A stretch of DNA of 32,851 nucleotides. Source: Trichomonas gallinae (lineage: Eukaryota). The notes under the pieces were generated by a model. It was not told where the DNA came from and ran no database searches. It worked only from the letters and a program-made list of their open reading frames with translations. The DNA lies in contig MRSU01003575.1 in assembly GCA_008369845.1 (NCBI GenBank), positions 1 through 32,851 on the forward strand. The letters run 5' to 3'. The translations under genes were made by a program, and so were the position numbers. This document shows, piece after piece, positions 12,601-20,306 of the stretch (the first letter of the stretch is position 1; each line of letters begins with the position of its first letter).

Positions 12601-13276
12601 CAAAGAAATCACTGAAGCTAATTACACATCATTGAACTCACTGCAGCAGCTTGAAATATGCAAGAAGATTTTCAACATTTCTCCAGCGAACGAATTGAGA
12701 GAAACTCTCTGGCTCAGGTCTGTTTCTTCGCAGGCATGGGTCGCCCACACAAGAGGCTACACAGTATCCACTGCATTGATGAGCATAGCAGGCTTCGTCA
12801 TAGGCTTGGGTGACAGGCATCCGTCGAACATAATGATACAGAGACACACTGGTAGAGTCGTGCACATCGATTTCGGCGATTCATTCGACTCTGCGATCTT
12901 GAGGAAGAAATTCCCAGAGTATGTTCCATTCAGACTCACTCGGATGATCGTCAACGCTTTGGATGGCGAGAGTGTCGAAGGACTCTTCAGGAAGAGCTGT
13001 GAGGACATCCTATGGGTCTTGAGAGACAACTTGAGTCCGATTGTTGCCCAGTTAGAGATTTTCGTCCACGAACCGATTTTCTCGAACAAGACAAACAGCA
13101 GTGGAGCCCACCAGCACACGATTCTCTCGAGAGTCGCTGCAAAGCTGTCTGGCTTGCACGAGAGTCCAACTGGTCACGAAATGAAGACAAACGAACAAGT
13201 CGATTTGTTGATAAGCAAAGCAATAGATCCCAAACTTTACGCAAGGCACTACATCGGATGGTGCCCATTCTGGTAA
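6605..13276 (+). CDS. TOR: TOR-family PIKK serine/threonine kinase (HEAT-FAT-FRB-kinase-FATC), 2223 aa
   Basis: Kinase motifs FLLKGNEDLRLDQRIMQ, GLGDRHPSN, HIDFGD and VPFRLTRM. FAT motifs IVPQIVA and AFLSCW. The C-terminal FATC HYIGWCPFW is diagnostic of TOR. Confidence 0.95.
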   Translation: MLPFPYQRWNNPFELIRDGNFDNWKKIHDELLKNLGQHFLTLKESQLTTIFSEWEGGLHLRKQSENNVSQLSCLLVVSILYYFRRSFEHLKAYYPIVKQLQSSLDRNIAKASCVVMKLIGKISADNQPFLRESLEIAKKFLSVKQRNTYSFNAVLILKIIGKFLPTDFFNVTSYHIPEVWTAICSTDSEFRNNAVKVMIKHFTLLDSTTTFSFGKSVYMDSIDTINTYIQNPIGILQILECIYSLAPAILQINQLFNTIMNAASHNTEYIIASTSLFCKIIQDSPSYFSSNICHAYVNQTFSFLQHPNCKRQIILNLMAILKAIPREYALVQEIGLECRKIIQNHSLIDNQILVYELLYFIIENFSEFTIPSNMLTLSTPSTWLIKVTARVFNNAYDMKTRILEWYDRGINKSAPVKDVTIALQILIEFKSYFFENHINLVESLRHILFNQNDTVRMLLADALLTIGTQQAIIMLIRLSVFDKSEPVRLYAIKTLAKVTIGTNIDGLANVLADSSYTVRNCGIPVLAKTFEINPLASHPIIAHFITTFVQSTIHEHDMQKLSEACSILPAVAKYFVKIVPSSIDDVIWLCVVLLLNGMPFPNQYGEVDEILPHPANFPAEDIRNRLRVDMLNNYSLGFLRLESFSEKDVILRRIFLIEGETWSETRDASLFRTLSVLAPYVVPYTLQVVPIFINTFKNNHKERVYIAAIDALTNITIAFNARVNFCTYFPDFLPSLMNLLSERHSDKVAIAVLKLIGTIGPSGKRILNLSIESKNDEYKPAIKAPNYFTKITLSFLLKLLKQPSPSTLIAITRIILEDPKSVLPNLGQIITAFVQSFKITENPASLFVLLDNIAFHAKSHMLPYVEQLMPMLIYNIHDISCMSLIATLSTRIGYDFTPYAAVLFPNATRLITSRDIVFLKVLLVFLVSSIVYQKQSASTLIDVIEQRISLKKDGEDQFIQLIMNKLCTLLQSRSVNLEGGRILQMCFNLALSGKAKLVDELLINLCFFANVSLQDVRDFSECCDIVFPKFLEFYGPNKEKRPSISPKERNLKSKKPDTSNLLLYEYKDDCLNDCPEPVFNQQRKWLDDLSVLLITNCPSFAIRGSIAVALQYRAFKNEIFPYAFLSCWLESSREAKAKVARTIQTATQIYKDLDPIVFDLLGTLTMVGESIDIPDDILSEASSSTPLSLFYMMRHFRSHQNDKDIIERMLSIYVRMRMSDSARGLLLRTGDNIGRESEAKWSEQLGEYEKALELYDMPKNILGQIRIYSKLEQWDTIRGFYETFPDMNEDDKQNAAIYFAQSFFYGGDSSKVDCLTDYFKNNYDFASIHFKSVYYISTGNYAAAEKEIAIGFNKLVENRSIYGGNDTNLAMQHMEFAHQLVELAETLELKKSGGKNVPQIWQNRLVAFSEESDAWLSLIKTRSLVVSPADHINTCIKMLSVLRKEHKFRAIDSYVQRLSTIQNSPQFIINALKVLWARGERTKAIDSVCYLTRCITIANDEELIELINSEEFKMHEQDLQFLTPFIEAGNVSHKTYVEYMNAHGVDDAMRARIIRIAATWQYNLYKANTSSVTSLSNILSSFQRSNRLNPKDYRTWAGMAYATSRALSHSEEKVSEYAIEAITGFLEATKLKPSFSLEYLCLMFSILFRYGEFIQLPDSVEEQIINLPPSIVIQIVPQIVAHVTHKEESIRRIVHSIITKFASQHFEAVVFALNILSYLKDESKATIVRDLLNSLGSLHTNVFADAKLFITGMRGAAVSLAETLIALINRATQSKSQDEYKSTIKDIISVAQSPKCEHDRLAMRICQNCIQKVQNAYRQMSNNERDSGRMMYDNMMQLYVELENGLKKLDTVSLAKFSESLAAKRHFSLVVPGQYTVEHTGPKIHYIDPTLHVLNTAQHPRSTHLVDESGKKWKFLLKGNEDLRLDQRIMQFFSLLNSLIRTNRLTSDFGVTIEQYAIIPFAPDAGLVTWVTGADTLLQVVYDFRNERGIRPTFEQEVVKEITEANYTSLNSLQQLEICKKIFNISPANELRETLWLRSVSSQAWVAHTRGYTVSTALMSIAGFVIGLGDRHPSNIMIQRHTGRVVHIDFGDSFDSAILRKKFPEYVPFRLTRMIVNALDGESVEGLFRKSCEDILWVLRDNLSPIVAQLEIFVHEPIFSNKTNSSGAHQHTILSRVAAKLSGLHESPTGHEMKTNEQVDLLISKAIDPKLYARHYIGWCPFW

Positions 13277-13440
13277 TTTTTATTACTTTTTTGTTTTATT
13301 ATTGTTATATAATAAATTTATGTTTGTTATTAATTCATTAATTCTTATCCTTTTTTTGAATTTTCTCAAAGTGATATATCCTGTATTATTTAACTTGCAT
13401 TTGGTTTGAATCAAAATTGACATGTAAACACGATTAATGC

Positions 13441-13502
13441 CATGTAAATAGAATTTTTGTTAAATATTTGACATGTAAATAAATATTTTGATAGTTGGAA
13501 AT
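13441..13502 (+). repeat. Left arm of a 62-bp inverted repeat flanking the BspA gene
   Basis: CATGTAAATAGAATTTTTGTTAAATATTTGACATGTAAATAAATATTTTGATAGTTGGAAAT is the reverse complement of 16355-16416 with one mismatch (13493/16364). It contains an internal direct repeat CATGTAAATA at 13441 and 13472. Confidence 0.95.
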
Positions 13503-13770
13503 AAATAATATAAGTCCTTCTAAAAAATGAAAAATAAATAATATATCCTGATTTTAAAAATCAGATATATTTAAAAGTTTGCTTTTATTTTTCGCTATCA
13601 AATTGATCAATTTTTCCCATTTTTATCTCTTTAGTGTAGAGTTTGTTATGTAATTGATCAATTTGATCGTCTTTAGTTATATAAAAATAGAACAGTCTTT
13701 GTAAGTGATAGTTTAAACCCTTCCAGTTAGAAGCAAGTGGATCATTTTTTGGAAGGACTTATATTATTTA

Positions 13771-16278
13771 TTATAGAAGCATAGGAATGAAAACATACAA
13801 ATATAGTGAGCGAAATGAGGATGAGTAGCATGTGACAACATTGATGGTGCTGCAGATCTGAGAGAATGTGATATCTTTAAAGTGGAACTGAGAGAAGCAT
13901 CGCTCTCGGACGTCTTGAGGACAGCTGATGGAACCACACTGTGAAAGTGAACGGCATCCGTCGAATGAGCCAGCGCCGATGCTCTCAAGACTGGATGAGG
14001 CAAAATATAGAAACTCAAGGCGGATGCAGTCTGTGAATGCATTGATGCTAATAGTCTTGATCTTGTTGCCGTTGAACAAAATGCGTCGAAGGTTCTTGCA
14101 CTGCATGAATGCGTAGTTCTTGATGGAAACCATGTTCGGTGGAACAATGAATGTACTGATAGGACTGGACGGGATGAATGTAATCAGCGTGCTCTCGTCA
14201 TATGTAGTGAGGGCACCGTTCGTGAACCGAAACTTAGTGTCCCCGGGATCAAGTGTGATTTGAGTGAGAAGCTCGCAACCAACGAATGTGCCACCGTAGA
14301 TGTCCTCGAGGTTGCAGTTCGCTGAAAGAGTGAGGCTGGACAGTCGGTGGCAGAACTGGAATGCAAAGCTGCGGATAATTCGGATGCTAGACGGAAAGAC
14401 AATCCCAACAAGTGATGTGCAGCTATCAAAAGAGTTTTCGTAGATAGTCGTGACACCTTCGCCAAATGTGGAAGAAACAAGATTGGAGCATCCCATGAAG
14501 CACTTCTCGCTGATATCGCATGAGATAGACATAGAAGATATCCTGCTGTCTTTGAAAGCTTGGATGCCGATGCGCGCGATAGATGCCGGAAGAAGGGCAG
14601 ATGAAAGACCGCTAGACTGAAAGGCATAGTCCTTGATTTCGGTGACTTCGGTGTTCTCAAGGCCGATGTTGCCGAGATTGATGCACTCGAAGAATGACCT
14701 GACACCAATAGTCTGGATAGTAGCAGGGAGGGTGATGTAGCGAAGCTCGTGGCACTGATAGAAGCAGTTGTCTGGGATGGTAGTGATGCTGGTGGCACTC
14801 AAATCGACTTTTGTCAACTTCATGCATCCACTAAAGCAGCTCGCGCCAACTGACTTGAGGCCTGACTTGAATATGACTGAACGCACTGTGCTTTTGCTGA
14901 ATGCCTGCGAACCAATATCAATGTAGCTGTCTGAAACAAATGTAAGTGTGTGAAGTTTGGCACCACTGAATGTGCTCTCACCAATCAGCTCACACTCTTC
15001 TGGAATTGTGATGTTTGCATCATCGACCCACCCAAAATACTCTGTAAGTTTCTTCTTGCCATTCTGGAACAGCATGCCGTCTTTGATAAGAATGTATGGA
15101 TTTTTGCTGCTGTCGATTACTAGCTTTGGACAATTAAAGAAAGCAGCATTGTCTATTGTCAAATTAACTGGTGGAAGAACTAATGATTCCAAAGAACTGC
15201 AGCTATAGAATGCACGACGACCAATATAACTGAGATTTTGCGGCAGAATAATATTTTTCAATTTATAACAATTATGGAACGCCGAGTTTCCAATACTTGT
15301 GATGTTTTCTGTAAGAACAACTGTTACTAAATCATAACAATAAGCAAATGCAATAATTGGAATTGTTTTAATTAATTTGTTGCATTTAAATTCAGTAATT
15401 TGTGATTCGCCTAAAAAATATCCATCAATATCTGTACACTCTTCATTCAAAACAAATGATGTTATCCGGCATCCTCTCAAGCATCCATAGCTAATGGTTT
15501 TGATAAATGAAGGAACTCTGTATTCGCCTTGGCGTGCTGACGAAACATAAAATAAAGTGTTGTTGTTTTCACCTGAATAAATAACATCGTTATCAACTTT
15601 GTAGTATGGATTCAATGGATGAATTGTGAAATTCTTAATATTGACATAAGAAAAAGCATTTCCTGCAGTAAATTTACAATATTGAGGAATAAAAAATGTT
15701 GTCAATTTTGAGCCAAGAAAAGCATTATGGCCTACAACTGTTAAGCGAGAATTATTCGAAATGATGACTTCTTCGAGATTGCCACCAAATGGATCGCTAT
15801 CAGTCTCTGTCCATCCCCCGATGTTTTCGAGTGAATCAGGGAATGTTATGGATTTGAGTGAACTAGTGCGGAAAAAAGCTCCACTTCTCAATGTCACAAT
15901 ATTCGGCGGCAAAATGACTGAGGATAGTTTAGTGCATTGACTGAAGACTGAGTTGTTTATTGTGAGAAAGTACTCACAGTTGCTAAAATCAACACTTTCG
16001 AGAGAAGATGTTGCAAAGGCAAAACTAGAAATAGAAGAAAGTTTGCTCCACTCTTCAAATCGGAGTGATTTTATCGTCGAGAGGCACTCTCTGAATGAGC
16101 TCTTTCGCTCGCTGTCACCGCCGAGGATTGTTTCGACACTTCGCAAAACAACAACTTCACCCTGAAGACTCTTTGGAGCTTTAACGAGGACTTTGAACTG
16201 GCTAGACTCATATTCAATGCCAAGGCCATCAAAATTGCTCGTTAAATGACAGGAAGCAAATTAAACAGCAAAACAAAT
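13771..16278 (-). pseudogene. BspA: BspA-like (TpLRR / LRR_5) leucine-rich-repeat surface protein with a disrupted 5' end
   Basis: Many TpLRR repeats (e.g. ITSIGNSAFHNCYKLKNIILPQNLSYIGRRAFYSCSSLESL) and a hydrophobic C-terminal tail (LYLYVFIPMLL). The frame is open from 16260 to 13771, but there is an in-frame TAA at 16263-16261, ATT instead of ATG at 16278, and the first in-frame ATG is at 15075. Confidence 0.8.
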
Positions 16279-16279
16279 T

Positions 16280-16291
16280 AAAAAAAAATGA
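16280..16291 (-). promoter_or_regulatory. Initiator (Inr)-like element TCATTTTTT of the BspA gene
   Basis: Matches the trichomonad Inr consensus TCA(+1)Y(T/A) and lies directly upstream of the inferred ancestral start codon at 16278. Confidence 0.55.
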
Positions 16292-16354
16292 ACAAAATTG
16301 AAATAAATTGAAATATATGCTTTGTGAATGCTTCAGTTTTCTCTTTTTTATTAA

Positions 16355-16416
16355 ATTTCCAACCATCAAAATATTTATTTACATGTCAAATATTTAACAA
16401 AAATTCTATTTACATG
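16355..16416 (-). repeat. Right arm of the 62-bp inverted repeat flanking the BspA gene
   Basis: Reverse complement of 13441-13502, 61/62 identical. It lies about 65 bp upstream of the BspA Inr-like element. Confidence 0.95.
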
Positions 16417-16891
16417 TCAAATAAATACAAATTGTATTCAATGTGAAGAATATTGGCAATCGTCAATGTTATATATTACAAGTGGAGAACGGATTGATTC
16501 ATTTAGTCATGATTCATTGCTGTAAAAAGTTATTTTATTTTTAGTAATAATTTTAAGCAGACATTGCATTTTTGCTTTTCATTTTCATTCTAAAATACGA
16601 GTTCCTTTATGATTTCCAATCATATATTTAATCAATTGCATTTTTATTGAAAACTTTATTCAAAATCATCATTTTAAAGATTTGATTTGAAGAATGTATT
16701 TAGATAGTCACATAGAAGCCTGAAACAGCAGTTGTTACTGCCGAAATCAATCAGATAAAGAATTTTATTTGATTTTTATTTTTGTAAAGTGTCAACCCCT
16801 ATATTTTGAATAAACATGTTTTTTGGCTAATAGATATTATTATAGGTATATTCGCAAAATTAGGGTTTTGTAAAATCAAAAATTTTTAAGG

Positions 16892-18229
16892 ATGAGCGAG
16901 TTTGCGCCTTTTATTCAGGTGAACTTGGACTACTCGCTCTTGCAGCAAGCTTTCAACAGTATAAACAACAAACTAAAGGAACACGATGAAAAATTCGAAG
17001 AAATAAACAAATTAATGATGGCGAAAGCAGATACCTTCGATTTTTTACAATTCAAGAATAAATCCGAGCAGAACATCGCAAAACTCAATAACGATGAACA
17101 GAGCATGAATGAAAAGCAAAATAACTTCGATAATAAAATAACGGAAATTGAGCAATTAATGAAAAATCTCAAAAACGATACAATAGAGAGTGTTAAGATG
17201 GAACTGTCTGCAGAGGGAGCACTTCCAACAACTGGCGAGCGACAAGGAGCTGGATCCATGGAAGATTTGCTAAACAGACTCGCAGCCGTCGAGTCGAAGC
17301 TCGTGGCAGCACAAAGAACAACAACATCCAATGACAATACAATCCAACAAATCATTAACCAATTTAATCAGCTAAATACTCCACAAGAATTAAAAGGTCG
17401 ACAAATTAAAGAAAACACGCCAATTGACGCACTCAAGAACACTGTTTCAACTGTAAACAACAAGTTTGACCAGATATTTAACGCCTTACCAGGCGCGATG
17501 CAGTCCGCGAGAAGTTATGGATCAGAAAATTCGAATTTAGAAGCAACTGATCCAAATATTGTCAATGGCAACCAGGTGATAAATAACACCACGGTCATAC
17601 CACATGCTATCACGTATCCATATGAAGTCGATTTCGCTTCCATGAGGCCAATGCCGTCGACGACTTGGTCCATCGAAGACGAATTGACTTTGCCTCCTAT
17701 CCACACTTTCACGAATCTATCAGAGCCCATCGAGTATATCTACAATCTCGTCCCGTCACTGCAAGCTATACTCGTCGGGCTAAGGGATGCTTTAGTCGGG
17801 AAGCTTGGAGGCGATTCCATTGTCACGAAAGACGCTGTTGACGGAATGTACCAGAAACTTGCGTCAGCTTTCAAGGAGTTGGTCGGAGAATTCTCGAATC
17901 TCAAAGACGAGATGGCGAAAACAGCCACGCTCGATGACGTCAACGCAGCATTCCAGTCCATCAATATACAGGACCTGCCGGAGACGTCTGTCGGCGTCGT
18001 CCACTGCATGACTTGCGGCAGAGAAATGTCGCAGGTTGCTGGAGCATTGAGTTATGTCGACGCAGTGAAAACTTTGGGAAGAGCGCCAACAAGTTACGCG
18101 ACAAGAGGGAAGTCTGGCACTGGAATGCAGTTCTCCGGAAGGAATACTTTCGATTCTGCTATTTGCGAGAGTCCTAGATCAGTCAGATCATCAAGAGTTG
18201 CTTCCACAATCAAAGTCACAAGAAAATAA
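16892..18229 (+). CDS. Hypothetical coiled-coil protein with a C-terminal CxxC motif (445 aa)
   Basis: ATG start, coding-like composition, heptad-rich helical segments and the motif VHCMTCGR near the C-terminus. Confidence 0.8.
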   Translation: MSEFAPFIQVNLDYSLLQQAFNSINNKLKEHDEKFEEINKLMMAKADTFDFLQFKNKSEQNIAKLNNDEQSMNEKQNNFDNKITEIEQLMKNLKNDTIESVKMELSAEGALPTTGERQGAGSMEDLLNRLAAVESKLVAAQRTTTSNDNTIQQIINQFNQLNTPQELKGRQIKENTPIDALKNTVSTVNNKFDQIFNALPGAMQSARSYGSENSNLEATDPNIVNGNQVINNTTVIPHAITYPYEVDFASMRPMPSTTWSIEDELTLPPIHTFTNLSEPIEYIYNLVPSLQAILVGLRDALVGKLGGDSIVTKDAVDGMYQKLASAFKELVGEFSNLKDEMAKTATLDDVNAAFQSINIQDLPETSVGVVHCMTCGREMSQVAGALSYVDAVKTLGRAPTSYATRGKSGTGMQFSGRNTFDSAICESPRSVRSSRVASTIKVTRK

Positions 18230-18379
18230 TTTTTTTATTTTTGTTATACTATTGTTGTTTTATTTAAACATATATTTATATTGTTTTGTGTTAAATGAAT
18301 ATTTTTTTTTACGTTGAAATTAGCCTCTAAAAATCAAAATAATTTTATCAAATTTTATTATTTTAAAATTCAGCTAATT

Positions 18380-18590
18380 TCAATCATAAATTTAAAGGAT
18401 GATAGAATTAGTAAATGCAAATTTATGTTCCTTATAATAAATTTGTTAAAATTATTTTTTATCATATTTTATTTTTTGATTTTGGTTAATTTTAACCATA
18501 AATTTAGATAATAATAGAACTAGTAAATGATAATTTATGTTGTTTATAATTAGTTTTTACAATTATTTTTTAACCATATTTAAAAAATGA
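18380..18590. repeat. Degenerate two-copy tandem repeat, period about 112 bp
   Basis: Collinear blocks CATAAATTTA..ATAGAA.TAGTAAATG..AATTTATGTT..TTATAAT..AATTATTTTTTA.CATATTT start at 18385 and 18497. Confidence 0.75.
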
Positions 18591-18686
18591 ATTTTATAGG
18601 TTGTTGATACTGTGTTTGAATGCTATGGAATAAAAAATGATAAAAATATGAAGCTCTAATGTTTATTCACATAATATAATATAAAA

Positions 18687-19877
18687 TCAAACAACTGTAG
18701 TTCCTTTTGATACTTTGGATTTGTGGATCATGTGGACTACTTGTTTATGAATAATTACGCATAAAACACTTGTGATCATTGCTGATACAATCGACTGAAT
18801 GACAATTTTAATAAAATTCACTTCATTTCTCTCAATTTTCTCGTAACTCATTGATATATTCTTGAATCCTATATCATTCATCTTTTTGACCAACGACAGT
18901 TTGTTAAATAAGCAGTTTTCACAGTGAACATTTCCTGGAAGTTCATTTTCTTGAGTTCCTGAGAAGTTACAGCTAACACATGTAATATATCCTACTCCAT
19001 TCACTGTTTTTCCACTGGCAGCACTGCAACTCGTAAATTTGCAAAATTCGATTTTTGGAATTTGTATAGTATTGTCAATTGTAATAGCTGCACTTGTAGT
19101 TGTTATAGTTGATCCCTGAACACACTTGTAGAACAATGATTTGTTGACATTTACATTAGGATTTTTGAGAAAAACTAAACAACCATGATGGGCATGAGCA
19201 CTGCAGTTCAAAAATAAAGAATTCGACACAAAAGCATTTCCATCTTGGATTTCTGCGAATCCGACGCATTGTGCCGCGCGAATATGAGAAGCATTGCAAT
19301 TTGTTTGATTAAAATTGCCATTTGATATTCTGCAAATTGATCCATGGTATTCTGCTTTAGAATGGAAGAAAACACAACTAGAAATAAACATATCTGTCGT
19401 AGATTTTGAAATAATTTCGATATCTCCTTTAGAATACTTCGCAAAACAATATTGGAACGTCGTAAATCGTATATCTAAGTTGTTTGTTGATGAAATTGCG
19501 CCGCCTTGATGTGCAGAACATCGATCAAATAAAATATTTTCCAAAATCAAAGGAGAAGTTGCATAAATGGCTCCACCAGAGCCTTCTATATCATTTAATC
19601 TAGCGAATTTCGAGTCTTTTATAGTTGCAGTAAGAGTTGTGATAATCTCTTTTTCTGTATATACAGTAAAATTCGAATTTAACATGATTATTTTGTCAAG
19701 CATCGTCTTAAAATTTGAATTCATTTGCTTATGATGGAGTAAATCGTGAATTAAATTTGTTGATGAAAATTTCTTTGCAAAATTTGGTATAAGATGAAAA
19801 TATATCTGTTTTTGGTTATATATTTCCCTATATTGCATTCTTCCATAAGCGTTTGCAATGAAGAGTGCAATATTCAT
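18687..19877 (-). CDS. Polymorphic-membrane-protein (Pmp)-like / beta-helix type I membrane protein (396 aa)
   Basis: GGAI motifs (GSGGAIYAT, QGGAISS) alternate with FxxC motifs (FDRCSA, FQYCFA, FLNCSA, FTSCSA). Hydrophobic N-terminus, a C-terminal TM helix (IVIQSIVSAMITSVLCVII) and a short basic tail. Confidence 0.7.
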   Translation of the reverse strand: MNIALFIANAYGRMQYREIYNQKQIYFHLIPNFAKKFSSTNLIHDLLHHKQMNSNFKTMLDKIIMLNSNFTVYTEKEIITTLTATIKDSKFARLNDIEGSGGAIYATSPLILENILFDRCSAHQGGAISSTNNLDIRFTTFQYCFAKYSKGDIEIISKSTTDMFISSCVFFHSKAEYHGSICRISNGNFNQTNCNASHIRAAQCVGFAEIQDGNAFVSNSLFLNCSAHAHHGCLVFLKNPNVNVNKSLFYKCVQGSTITTTSAAITIDNTIQIPKIEFCKFTSCSAASGKTVNGVGYITCVSCNFSGTQENELPGNVHCENCLFNKLSLVKKMNDIGFKNISMSYEKIERNEVNFIKIVIQSIVSAMITSVLCVIIHKQVVHMIHKSKVSKGTTVV

Positions 19878-20306
19878 CCAAAAACAAAAACTAATAAAAA
19901 ATTAAATAATTTTTGACATTTGTCAAAAAATTTGTAAACTTAAAAATTTATTTTCTCTATAATATTACATATCTATTAATATTATGAAATTTACTTATTT
20001 GAAAAACGGTTATGTCAAATTAAGCAGCTTTACAAAGTCAGATTATAAAATACCAAAACAAGCAAACTTTCATCGTAATTTTCTTCATATAGACAACATA
20101 AAAGCCGGACAAAAATAACATCAATGCATTCATTGCAACTAATATCATTTGTAAACAACTTATAATCAGTATCTTATTGTTAATAATTGTTGAATAAACA
20201 TAAAATAATAAGATCATCAATAATGAAAAATAAAATTTGAATATTACATATTATTGACACTTTATTAGAAATTTAACATTACATAGCAATAGAAATATAT
20301 ATTACA

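Noticed and set aside
16147..16300. Spliceosomal intron rescuing the BspA start
   Set aside because: No trichomonad-type branch/3' splice motif (CTAAC..ACAG) on the minus strand in this interval, and no upstream ATG exon evident.
13410..16440. Target-site duplication around the inverted-repeat unit
   Set aside because: Flanks (..CGATTAATGC and TCAAATAAAT..) show no convincing direct repeat, so the unit is not called a mobile element outright.
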